This document shows, one piece after another, positions 26,345-39,228 of a stretch of DNA of 64,000 bases. Origin of the DNA: Octopus sinensis (Eukaryota); the NCBI RefSeq assembly GCF_006345805.1, contig NC_043015.1, forward strand, positions 26,536,001 to 26,600,000. Direction: 5' to 3'. How positions within the stretch are numbered: position 1 is the first letter of the stretch; each line of letters opens with the position of its first letter. The notes under the pieces were generated by a model. It had not been told where the DNA came from. It saw only the letters and a list, made by a program, of their open reading frames with translations, and searched no databases. A program made the position numbers and the translations under genes.

Positions 26345-26515
26345 GATTAAGACGATTACATCGACTCCAGTGCGTAACTGGTACTTAATTTATCGACCCC
26401 GAAAGGATGAAAGGCAAAGTCGACCTCGGCGGAATTTGAACTCAGAACGTAGCGGCAGACGAAATACGGCTGCGCATTTCGCCTGGCGTGCTAACGTTTC
26501 TGCCAGCTCGCCGCC
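26345..26515 (-). mobile_element. SINE inserted in family B element
   Basis: GGCGGCGAGCTGGCAGAAACGTTAGCACGCC head; the flanks join contiguously in copy 2 (~60190-60215). Confidence 0.9.
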
Positions 26516-26585
26516 TTTATTATATTATATATTTCTTAAAAATATTGTTTAAATATTTCTGATTATTTATTAAAATATTACAATT

Positions 26586-26680
26586 AACCTGAAGATTGAC
26601 TGTAACCATAATTCGAAGTATTAATTGAATTTAAATTATTCTTATTCGAATTGGTTACGGGCATGCAACGATCGTATTGT
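26586..26680 (+). ncRNA. Hammerhead motif with long stem II (family B; GAAA mutated to GCAA)
   Basis: CTGAAGA-TTGACTGTAACCATAATTCGAA...TTCGAATTGGTTACGGGCAT-GCAA-CGATCG-TA. Confidence 0.5.
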
Positions 26681-26814
26681 TTTTACTCTTTATCTTATAT
26701 TAAACTTTTGATACTTTTTGATAGTTATATAATTTTTAAAAAAAATAATAATAAATAAATAAATAAAATAAAATAAAATAATAATAATAAATATAAATAT
26801 ATTCTTTCTTTTTT

Positions 26815-27211
26815 TCTTTTTACTTGTTTCAGTCATCTGACAGCGGCCATGCTGGAGCACCGCCTTTAGTCGAGCAACTCGACCCCGGGACTTATTGTTT
26901 TGTAAGCCCAGTACTTATTCTACCGGTCTCTTTTGCCGAACCGCTAAGTGACGCGGACGTAAACACACCAGCATCGGTTGTCAAGCAATGCTAAGGGGAC
27001 AAACACAGACACACAAGCACACACACGCATATATATATACATATATACGACGGGTTTCTTTCAGTTTCCCTCTACCAAATCCACTCACAAGGCTTTGGTT
27101 GGCCCGAGGCTATAGTAGATGACGCTTGCCCAAGGTGCCACGCAGTGGGACTAAACCCGGAACCATGTGGTTGGTAAACAAGCTACTTACCACACAGCCA
27201 CTCCTGCGCCT
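26815..27211 (-). mobile_element. Full-length tRNA-derived SINE
   Basis: AGGCGCAGGAGTGGCTGTGTGGTAAGTAGC...GGTTCCGGGTTTAGTCCC head; highly similar to 59336-59740. Confidence 0.92.
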
Positions 27212-27474
27212 ATATTTATAAGTTTAAAGTATTTAGATAATTTTAAATTTTAACTTTAATTTAAATATTTTAATTTGGAATTTTATATTTTTTATATTTT
27301 ATATTTTATATTTTTTTAATTAATTTTTTTTCTATGTATTGGCTTATGATTTTCACTGTTTGATTTGCCTAATAGTGGTTTTATCTCTAATTTAATATAA
27401 CATATATTTATACAATAAAATTAGATTTAATCCTAAATCTAATTTTTCCCTGTAAGTTTGGATTTACTCCCTAA

Positions 27475-27533
<59 letters not shown>

Positions 27534-27537
<4 letters not shown>

Positions 27538-28264
27538 CAACAATTGAGGGTAAAATTAATTAATTAATCAATTTCACCAAGTATTCAGTATGCAAAGGGA
27601 CCATTTAAGGCGAATTCAAATTATTACATTATATAAAAGGGCTTAGTAAAATAAATTACTTTGCCGCATACTGAACTTATTAGAAATAGCAGCTAAAAAA
27701 ACTTTTTTAAAACTATTTCCAATACTTAAAGAAAACCTCTCTCATATAGTGTTTGCTCAATTCAACTTACGCAAATATGGGGGTAGAGACATTAAAAAAT
27801 CAAGTGCAAAGGTTATTTGAGAACGTACGTTTCAAGATTAGTCAAAATCCGACATTTCTATCATCAGCTCAGAACTCCCTGGTTTGGATTTGAAAACACT
27901 GAAAGTAGGAGCATACCCTTTCGGCTTCCTCTCGCTTCTGAAGATCTGCTCCCAACTAACAGTGCCAACAAACTCAAAAATGCAAGCGAAGAATTTCTGC
28001 TCTCTCCTTTCCACCAGCGTGGGTTAAAATCAGTAAACACTATGCTTTTTTCGGTAAAATCCGCGGCATTATATAGAGAGAGATGAATTATAATTTCAAC
28101 AATTGAGGGTAAAATTAATTAATTAATCAATTTCACCAAGTATTCAGTATGCAAAGGGACCATTTAAGGCGAATTCAAATTATTACATTATATAAAAGGG
28201 CTTAGTAAAATAAATTACTTTGCCGCATACTGAACTCATTAGAAATAGCAGCTAAAAAAACTTT
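27534..28264 (-). mobile_element. PLE-like/retrozyme-like element (family D): 172-bp direct repeats, 559-bp period
   Basis: 27534-27705 vs 28093-28264 differ at about one position; hammerhead in the intervening part; flanked by (TA)n. Confidence 0.7.
27818..27871 (-). ncRNA. Hammerhead motif (family D)
   Basis: TGAG-CTGATGA-TAGAAATGTC-GGATTTT-GACTAATCTT-GAAA-CGTACG-TT-CTCA: stem I TGAG/CTCA, palindromic ACGTACGT, imperfect stem II. Confidence 0.6.
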
Positions 28265-28539
28265 TATATATATATATATATATCCGTGCCTATATGTATA
28301 TTTTTCTATATGTACGGAGCTTAATCGTGTTTATCTGCATCACTCTCTCATTTTATCTCTTGTTACACACTCTCACATACGCACACACTGACACACACAC
28401 ACATATGTATGTATGCATGTGACTGTTTAGTTCTATTTCAAGATTTCTGGCCAATAGAGAGAAAGCTGGTTTCTAACCTAGATCGAAGGCTCCTTCATTG
28501 GAATTTCAACATCAACAACAGGGTATTTTTGTTTGCATG

Positions 28540-28705
28540 CATGCGTGCATGTATGTATGTATGTATGTATGTATGTATGTATGTATGTATGTATGTATGT
28601 ATGTATGTATGTATGTATGAATGTATATATGTATGTATGTATGAATGTATATATGTATGTATGTATGTATGGATGTACGTATGTATGTATGTATGTATGC
28701 ATGTA
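28540..28705. repeat. (ATGT)n microsatellite
   Basis: Directly visible. Confidence 0.95.
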
Positions 28706-30490
28706 TGTATATGTGCAGATTTGTATGTTTTGCGATGTGTACGTATTCTCATTCATATTGTTACATATCTAGACATGATCATTTCTATTTAAATGAAAAT
28801 GTCTGGAACGTTTTACAGAATTTTACAGTTCCAGTGATGGAGTGGATCTGTAGCCTTCGTATTAGCTTTCTCCTTTCTGGTTTTGAGAAGCCTAATTTCT
28901 CAAGATTGGTATTTAGGCAATGTGTTACACATCTCAAGGCCCTAGTAATTACAAGTATAAATCTGAACTTGTAAACCTGGAAAGAGTAACTGCACATTTC
29001 TCAATAGTTCATCGTCGGTGCTCTTTTTTAATCTCTGATCTTTAGCCTTATGTTAACATCTGCTGGGCAGATAATTTCCACAACTGTACATAGTTTCTCT
29101 TCTCTATCCCAAATCATTATATCAGGTCTGTTGTGCTTACATTTTTTTGTGGTTTTCAATGGGACATTCTACAAGTACTCCTTTTTGTTATGAGTGGCTA
29201 TGGCTCCTACTGTACGGTTGGTTCTTATTTCTTTTTCCTCGCGATCATCCTTCCGAAGTATTTCATTGCAGAGTGTCCTATCGGAAAATAATACCATGAT
29301 GACATTTACCGACAATTGCTTATGATGTGGGGGATATCTTCGGTGTTGACTCCACAAAGTCTGCATCGGTTGTCACATTTTACTGCTTTTTCTGCATCTC
29401 TATCCCTTTTTTTGCATCAGGTATTTGGTTGATATTTCCTGTTCCTGGATTGCAAACGCATACCCTTCAAAGTGGGAGGTAATAATCCAGCTCTTGGTCC
29501 ACGATAGACTGCTTTGATGATCATCTCGGGGCTTTCTACTAACATATCCATGCATAGTCTTCTGCGCATATAGTCTCATCTTTTCATCTGATGATACGTT
29601 GCGGTAGAGTCGTGCGACTTCTTTGGCCATAAACTCTAGGTTATCAGACAAGGAATGTTGCTCAAGGAGCTGCCTTCCCAATCTTATGCTGTTATCAGCC
29701 TCATGTATGCAAACGTGGTTGAGGGATGGACTTGGATACTTGGTGGTCAAAAGATGTTGCCGAAGAGATCTGCTACGACATTCAGAGGAATTTTGGATCG
29801 ATATTAACCGCTGCCGTCTTCTTTTCATTTGCGGCAGAAGCAGTCTACGTCACAGTCTATGTTGAAATTATGTGTGTTTGTTAGTGTTTTTCGGGTTTTC
29901 ACATCAATGGCTCGGAACTCATCAAGTGTCAATCAAGCAGTGAAAATAGTATTATGAGTACTGGTACGGCAAACACATTGTGGGTCATTGTTTTATTGAC
30001 TGCAGATAGTTCTAAGGTCCAAAATTTCTTTATTCGGCTGTAATAGTCTTTAGTGACACGTGTTTTGTTACAGATAACATTTTAAGATGTTTTTAACCAC
30101 GACTAGAAATCTGTAACTTTCCTCGTTAGATATAGGGGAAGCAGTCAAATCATTGATGGAGATGCTGTTATTCTGGTTTATAGTTTTTCCCCTTTTCACA
30201 GCCATATAACAACATATATCCTGACCAAACCCCAACCCTACATCCATTGAGAAAGCTGTAACTAGGTCAAGGCACTTTTTCATCTCATGCATATTGTTTG
30301 CATAAAGTTTCAAGCCATCCACAAAAAAAAGAAACAGTGTGTAATTTTGTTATTTCTGTTTCCTTGTAAACCAATGAGATATTCTTCAGACTTCTTTAAC
30401 ACGAATGACAAGGGCTTTACAGAAAGTATAAACATAGAGAGCCTGCCCTTTGGAATATGCATTCGCGATACTGATTTCTATCAGTTTAAT
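28706..30490 (-). mobile_element. 5'-truncated R4/Dong-type REL-endonuclease LINE
   Basis: Frameshifted translation: ILSVKPLSFVL...KITHCFF..VDGLKLYA (RT), MHGY...WI...EGYAFAIQEQEISTKYL, HNRPDIMIWDREEK...VEIICPADVNI (REL), CKTF end. Confidence 0.85.
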
Positions 30491-30597
30491 ATGTATGTGC
30501 GTGTATGCATGCATGCATGCATTTATGTATGTATGTATGTTTGTATGTATGTATGTATGTATGTATGTATGTATGTATGTATGTATGTATGTATGTA
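30491..30597. repeat. (ATGT)n microsatellite
   Basis: Directly visible; abuts the 5' truncation point of the LINE. Confidence 0.95.
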
Positions 30598-30801
30598 CTG
30601 GCTAGTAGATTGCGTGTCAGATATGTATTCTTGTAAACAAGATTTCGAACAAAATTAAGCAAACGACGCCAGCGGAAAAAGAAAAACTTTATATGAAAAT
30701 ATATTTTGAAATTATCTTTACATGCCGTTTAATGCAAAATAAATTACTATATGCACATATGTGCGTATGTACCTGTATACATACATAGGTATATGAGTAT
30801 T

Positions 30802-30863
<62 letters not shown>

Positions 30864-30942
30864 ATGTATATATATACATATATATATATGTGTGTGTATA
30901 TGTATGTATACATATGTATATATATATATATATAGGTTATCA

Positions 30943-30990
<48 letters not shown>

Positions 30991-31358
30991 ATATATATAC
31001 AAATATACATAGATATATGTATGTTTATATAATTATATATATGGTGAAGATTCTTTACGATATTCCACGTTATACATACGTAATGAAGCTTTGGACACCA
31101 ACCAATATGCTCTGCTGCTGACTTAAAATAATATTTTAGTTCCGTTTCATTGAATGCCATTTGGCAATGTTTTGAAGTTAAAGTTTGATTCCATACTGGA
31201 ATTGGTTTCTTTGAGGAACGTTGCTCATGTCTCAACGATCACAAACTGTATTTTTGCAGTAATATGCATATTGTATATAGAAACCTATATGATATATATA
31301 TGTGTGTGTTGGTGTGTGTATAGGTAGATATACATACATACACACACATACACACACT

Positions 31359-31440
<82 letters not shown>

Positions 31441-31443
31441 ATA

Positions 31444-32301
31444 TACATACACACATATCTACATATATGTATATATATATAATATATATATTATATATAT
31501 ATATTTATACATACATATATGTGTATGTGGTATATACACGTTACTAACAAATAATTACTTTCGGCTTTGATCAAAAGATAAAGAAATTCACCCACGCATG
31601 CCCACTCTTTCTCACTCATACGGACACACATACAAACACACACACACAAACATTCGGTTATCAGGCCAATAGAAACTGGTGATGAGACATCGTTATGTGT
31701 CGTCTATGGTTCGGTTCAGAAAAACTGACTGTGCACTTCACTTCTTTAATCAAGAGATTCACTTCAGACAACATCCATCGATAAAACACCACAACCACTA
31801 CTACTGCCACCATAACGTCACTAGTAGCTCTACTTCTACCACCATTACTACCCAATATATATTCATTTATTCACAGCACATCGATCTATTTTGTGTACAA
31901 ATCTCAAATGTGCTATTGACCTTCATATGAAAATATGTCCCCCACATCTTACCACATTAATTTAAATGCATATTGCTTGCCTGTTCGTCTATTTTGCTCA
32001 TGTGTCGCGTTTAAGTTGTTGCCATCTTTATTTTGTTGTGTTATTTTATTTAACGTTTGGGATTTCATTTTATATTCCATCACTTTATATATATTTGTAT
32101 TGCTGCATATTTACTTTAGATATTTCATTTGCTATTATTACTGTGGTTGTGTTTTTTCTTTTTTTCGTGTCTCTTTTTTTGTTTTTTTATAATTTTATTT
32201 TTATTTTTTACTGTTTAGAACAACTGAACGTTTGACAAAATGACAAACACGGAAATGGCTGTCGTGTTGAAATGTGCAAATGAATAATTCTTAGTATTAT
32301 A

Positions 32302-32345
<44 letters not shown>

Positions 32346-32366
32346 ATATATATATATATATATATA

Positions 32367-32416
<50 letters not shown>

Positions 32417-33276
32417 TATATACATACACACATATCTACATATATGTATATATATATAATATATATATTATATATATATATTTATACATACATATATGTG
32501 TATGTGGTATATACACGTTACTAACAAATAATTACTTTCGGCTTTGATCAAAAGATAAAGAAATTCACCCACGCATGCCCACTCTTTCTCACTCATACGG
32601 ACACACATACAAACACACACACACAAACATTCGGTTATCAGGCCAATAGAAACTGGTGATGAGACATCGTTATGTGTCGTCTATGGTTCGGTTCAGAAAA
32701 ACTGACTGTGCACTTCACTTCTTTAATCAAGAGATTCACTTCAGACAACATCCATCGATAAAACACCACAACCACTACTACTGCCACCATAACGTCACTA
32801 GTAGCTCTACTTCTACCACCATTACTACCCAATATATATTCATTTATTCACAGCACATCGATCTATTTTGTGTACAAATCTCAAATGTGCTATTGACCTT
32901 CATATGAAAATATGTCCCCCACATCTTACCACATTAATTTAAATGCATATTGCTTGCCTGTTCGTCTATTTTGCTCATGTGTCGCGTTTAAGTTGTTGCC
33001 ATCTTTATTTTGTTGTGTTATTTTATTTAACGTTTGGGATTTCATTTTATATTCCATCACTTTATATATTTGTATTGCTGCATATTTACTTTAGATATTT
33101 CATTTGCTATTATTACTGTGGTTGTGTTTTTTCTTTTTTTCGTGTCTCTTTTTTTGTTTTTTTATAATTTTATTTTTATTTTTTACTGTTTAGAACAACT
33201 GAACGTTTGACAAAATGACAAACACGGAAATGGCTGTCGTGTTGAAATGTGCAAATGAATAATTCTTAGTATTATA

Positions 33277-33310
<34 letters not shown>
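31444..33310. repeat. 977-bp tandem duplication (2 copies)
   Basis: Identical ORF pairs offset by 977 bp (31661/32638, 31679/32656); junctions lie in (TA)n. Confidence 0.95.
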
Positions 33311-33335
<25 letters not shown>

Positions 33336-33950
33336 TACATACATAAATACGTACATACATCCGTACATACATACATAATTCCATGCATACATACATATAT
33401 GTATATATTTATAATCATGATCCACCTCTGTGAAATGTTTGTGACAGTTATAACAAGATGAGATGTTGAATAGCCGTTCAGTTCCTCGTATTCTCCATTA
33501 AAATGTCTGCGAGTTTATTTTCATCCCATTCCTGTAATTGGTCAGACATTATTTCATTGCGTTTTTTATTCTTCAATAGTAATAGTTTCCCTAATAATCG
33601 TCCATTTGATACCTTTAACTTGCTTTGACTGCGTGTTTGGTGAAGTCAGCTGATGGATTATGGCAAAAAATAAAGATAAAAGAAAAAAACATTCGACTAC
33701 CGTGGGTTGTTGTACGATGTCCTTGGTTATATGTATTGTATATCTGGAGGTTTGTTTCCTTTATATCAATAAACTACGTAAAATCTACGCAGGAAGTAGT
33801 TAAAATGTGATAACGAAGATGAATATAAAGGGCTTCCACAGCTATCCACAGTTATGGTCCCTCTTAAATGGTGAACCAGTTAACGATACATTTCCCCTCC
33901 TCTTTCGCTTTCTATTTCTTTCGAATATATACGCACTCACAGACATGCGT

Positions 33951-34051
<101 letters not shown>

Positions 34052-35010
34052 CACTGACAAATAGACAGACATCCTTGTCGAGAACGAGCCTAACGCATTG
34101 GAATTCATGTTATTAGTGGAGACCCACAGAATGAAATTGAGATACCTGACGCGGCGAAATGAAACGCACTGTAACTGCTTGACAAAGGCATTTTGTTGTT
34201 TAAAGTTAAAATGATATGTGCTCCAATTAATATTTAATAAAATTAGTCAAGCGGGAATCGTCCTTAAAATACGGTTTGCCGATGCTTACAAAATTTCTAT
34301 CAATGTTTGGCAACAAAATAGTTAGAGAAACCAGGAGTACATGAATAACAAAACTTTCATTTTCAGCAAAGAACACCTACATAACCCACGATCAATGAAA
34401 ATCGGTCGTTATGACCTCCATATGCTTTTTGGAAGCATTATGAAGTACTAAAACCAGAATCGAACCTTCACTCGCCACACGTACAAATCTCGCTTTACAA
34501 CGTTGTAATCTACTAGATTGTCACTTATTATTCCTTCTAGTGTTTTTAGTATCCAAACTCATGAAAACTCTCGATATCAGCGGGTCAGCGAAGTTGAACC
34601 ATGGCTGTCAAGAATTTCGTCTGCGAAGCGTTTTGAAAAGTTTCTCTTTTTTTATTTCGATTCTAATTTTATAACAAACTCTATTCATTTCATTAAAAAA
34701 AAACTCAAGGACCTAATTTTCGCCAACAGAATATAATATTTCAATATATACTTTAATTTTCACTTTATTATGATTTTTTTCTTCCTATTGTATTTAGTTT
34801 ACTTATTTTTGGCTCAGAAAATTCCGGATGTAGGTATGTCAAAGAAATGGCGGAAAAGATATGCGACTATAATCGGTACTTGATATTACATAAATCATAC
34901 ATCATATCTTTAGTGTGTGTGTATGTGTGTAAGTGTGCGTGTGTGCGTGTCTGTGTTTGTGAGTGTTCGCGTGTGCGTGTTTGTATGCACGTATCATATA
35001 CATATATATA

Positions 35011-35043
<33 letters not shown>

Positions 35044-36679
35044 GTATCTAGTGCATGTTTGTGTGTATGTATATGTGTATGAATGTATGTAAGTAAGTAC
35101 ATGTGTGGATGTAAGTATATATGGGCATATATACATATATATATATACATAGATACATACTTACACATTCGCTGAATAAACTACGAGAAACAGAGGCAGC
35201 TAGATGCAAATATATGAACATTAGTGTATGTGTATATATATGCACACACACACATTTGTATATATATATACGTATATATATAATATATACGTATGTATGT
35301 ATAGACATGCGTGTATGCTGGTGTAGGGTGTGTATGAGTGAGGATGGGTGTTTCCATGACAATAAACATATCTGTGAATTCTTGTCCGTGTTGATCTTTT
35401 CATATATTGAAGGTGTTTATATTCTGGCAGTGGATATTACAAAGAAAACCCGGTTCATTTTGCCACCTGATGATTTTACCAACTGAAACAAGCAACTCTG
35501 AGTAATGGATATCAGCGTCTTTCAGTTATAAAAGTATTGAAGAATTACTCAACATTTGTATTATTGAGTCCTGTAAATTACTGCTTCTCGGTAATCATCA
35601 GAGATTTACACCACCACTCCACACACATGCATACACACACACACACATATATATATAACAACACACAGATTGTGGTTCACTACAGCTGTTTCAGACATGT
35701 TTTATTTGTATTGATGTACAGAAATGTTACATCATGCAAAAAATTTATAGACCTTGTTGCATATGGTCATGTAAGCTGATTGATGCCTTTATATGTCGGT
35801 GTTGATAGCAATGTATACAAATGTGTATGAGCGTAGGTTTTTATTTTCCCCCTATCATTTCTTTTTATTATGCTTGTTTATCAATATAATGACCCTTGAC
35901 AACTATTTAGAAAAAAACTTAATTTTATTTGTAACCCCTTATGAGGTCAAATGAAACTCCGCATTCTGTCCTTGCGTCTCACCCGTTTTTGTTTTTCTCT
36001 CTCCGTCGCTTCAGTCTTTCTGTCTCCACTTCCATCCTTATATTAAAAACACGTCTGAAACAGTTGTAGTGAAACACAATCCATTAGTTGTTAAAAATTA
36101 TTCTTCACCTAACACGGAACTTTCAATACGTTTGTATCTGGAGTCTATAGACGACGGTGCAATACGTGCATTCAGTGTACCCATATATGTCTTTGATGAC
36201 ACATTGTGTATTGTCTGCTATTTCTGAATGTATGAATAACAAATCCGTTTTTACTTTAGTGACTGTGTATATGTCGTTGTTCATTGTTTGTACACAGTCA
36301 TGCTATCACCGACCTGACTTTGGTACTTTACTTTTTTAAGTACCTGATTCTCCTGAATCCTAAAAATTATATACATAAATATATATATATATATATATAT
36401 ATAATCAAAATAAGTAACAAAGATATCCAGAGTAATGCAGTACGATCGTTTTATCCAACTCCATTTCATTGAGCAATGCAATCATTTCAGTACATCAATT
36501 TAAAATGTAGAACAATCTTCAGCTGCACAAAAACATAGAATTTAATTAAGTTAGAACAGAAGGACACATTAATATAATTTTACCTAAGATCTCCAAGACG
36601 TTGGGGACAAGAAGTTGGAAACAAGAACATGTTGTACTTACAGCATCATAGTTGTAACTAGTTACAACTATGATGTGGA

Positions 36680-37060
36680 ATTTTCAACAGCAACAGGCTG
36701 CGATTTAAGGACTGTGTCAAGTCCTCATTAAAGGCTTATGATCTGCAGGAGACTGACTGGAAGAACAATGCCTGTCCTCGCCACAGATGGAAGAAGCAGG
36801 TTAATAAGGGGTCGACACCTTTGAGAGATCACGTATTCAGCATGAAGAACTTAAGCATGCTGCTCGAAAGCACACAGCTGGTGTAGTGAATGGGGAAAGC
36901 TTGGTTTACAACGTTTGCAGTCATGCATGCTTGTCAAGGTCAGGGGTCACTAGCCACCAACGGAGCCGCAAATGCAAAATATAAGTTAGTCCTAGAGCGC
37001 ACAATGCTACTGAAGGTCAGCAATGGTTCTCCTCGGTCACGAGTGAACGGCCGTCATCAC
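36680..37060 (+). mobile_element. RTE LINE 3' end
   Basis: NRLRFKDCVKSSLKAYDLQETDWKNNACPRHRWKKQVNKG...VCSHACLSRSGVTSHQR; followed by a short (GTAT)n. Confidence 0.8.
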
Positions 37061-39053
37061 GTATGTATGTATGTACATCGAAACTCTGATCGGAATCTTC
37101 TCAATTGTTTTTCATCATTACATATTACTCTGTGTGTGTATGCTTTTGTGTCTGTATTTGTGCGTTTGTGTTGGCAGGGGGTGTAGATGCGTCGGTATGT
37201 GTTTGTGTATGTTTCTTACCAACTTGACTTACTCTGATATTAATGACAATTTTTGCGAACGGAAATGAAGTCTATCTTTTGGGCCCGAATAACAGATTAG
37301 GAATCCTTTGCTTCGATATGAAAGTATTTGGGGTCCTCTACCGCTTTGACAGTTTCGCATGTAGTCTTTCAGCGATTGCACACACATGTTTGTTGTTCCA
37401 GGAGACGGAGTAGATAACCTTAGCTGTCCCAGCTAGTTTAGCAGAATGTAGTAATTCAGAGGTTAGCAGCAACAATACAAAAATTATCCTTCCCTCCGTT
37501 TGACTCTATGGTGGACTCAACAGTCTATCAGTGGTGAGTCACTCGTGGATTGTTTCTGTGATATTAGTTCCCCTGTTCCATTTATCGAGGTCAATATTAT
37601 AGCAATATGTGACCTACAGTGTGTTGGGTGTAGTTGTATTTCTTACTTGTTTAACGATTGGTAGGTGCAGAAGCATGAAAACTTTACCTGCTTCTTCTTC
37701 CTGCAAACTCAGAAGCCAACGAAACCACATTCCGAATATCATTTTAGACATTCCTTGTTGATCCGTATTTTATAAATATAGAAATCGTAACTTGACCTCC
37801 GCCAGAAACTGACTATATTACAACAATCTGCAGTATCAATTAACAAGAAACCTGAGCAATTGCTTTGCAGCCATGAAAGGATGACCTGGAGTAATAAGGC
37901 GGCGCTACTACAGGAACACCAACTTAACAAAGCTAGCTGGCCCTTAAGAAGGATCAGAGTATACGGGACCTGCTTGCTCTTACTGATTTTATTCTCCTTT
38001 TGAGGCCCTCAACAGCACCTACGGTTCCTAATCTCCATCAGCAAATACAACACACACAGGAGGCCAGGAAATGAAATGATACAACAAAACTGGGAAAGAT
38101 TATGACAGTACTCTGTACTTCTGTGTGTGGGGAAGTTGTGTGTGTGCGTGTGTGTGCATGTGTATGTACAGATATATACATACGTACACATATACATATA
38201 TTCATATATATACACACAAAAACACGCGTTCACACATGTACACACATATATGAGGAGTGTATATGAATATTCATATCCTGTACGTACTGTGATTATATGC
38301 CTGCTCTTTTGCTCTCGTGAACGCATGAGTGAATGTGTGTGTGTATGTGTGTTTGTCTTCCTCTAAAAGTGTGTGCGTAAATATGCGGTGTGTGGTCTTA
38401 AGAATTAGAATATATTCTACATGAATTATATTCACTTCGCAAAGATCTGCAACGAATGAGATGTATTCTTGCTTTTGTCACTTGCAGGACGTACATCAAT
38501 TCTTGTATCTAACCAAGTAGAAATCTTAGAGAATTCATAAAATATCAATGAAAAAATATACATAAAAAAATAAAGAACTTTCACATGGAAACACATCAAC
38601 TCTTCCACAGACAGCAAGTGAAACGGAGAGTTACATAAACTGATAGACATAAATAGATAAAGGCTTACATACATGCACACATGCATATATGTGTGCGCAC
38701 ACACAGACATACACACATAAACAGATACATACACTCAGGCACACGCGCACACACACTTACATATATGAGTGTGTGTTTGTGTGTGTGCGTGTGCGTGTAA
38801 TGAAAAAGAGCGAGACAGATATAAATTCAGTAAAATGCAATGGTGTTTTCTAAAGCTCATTAGATGGAGAGGGAAGCAAAACGACTGTGGATTTATTCAC
38901 ATGATTCTTTATACAAATTCGGGAATCCTTAGATCGATTCCCTCAAGTTAAAATTTTCTGTGTTCGTCATCACTGAATGTGCGTTTTCAGAAGAGAATTT
39001 ACACAAAAATCGTTTGGTAAATCGATTCCCACATGCATACATACATACATACA

Positions 39054-39138
<85 letters not shown>

Positions 39139-39228
39139 AAAATAGGATAAAATCTTTATAAGAATTTATCAAGTAGTCAACGTGAAAATCCTCATAAGGG
39201 AAAAGTTTGTAATTTTACCCTTTAAATA

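Larger units (their letters stand above)
25288..27392. mobile_element. Extremely AT-rich PLE-like element (family B), copy 1, with ~150-bp inverted ends
   Basis: 25288-25440 is inverted at ~27225-27392; homologous to 57919-60385; hammerhead motif at 26586-26680; two SINE insertions. Confidence 0.65.

Noticed and set aside
31030-31235. Non-repetitive part of ORF 30801-31235
   Set aside because: Short, bounded by microsatellites, with no motif I can support.
32225-32280. TGACAA-ACACG...CGTGTT-GAAA hammerhead candidate in the duplicated unit
   Set aside because: Core spacing is off by one, and there is no cleavage triplet or stem I.
35466-35495. CTGATGA...GAAACAAG hammerhead candidate
   Set aside because: No stem II pairing and no NUH triplet.
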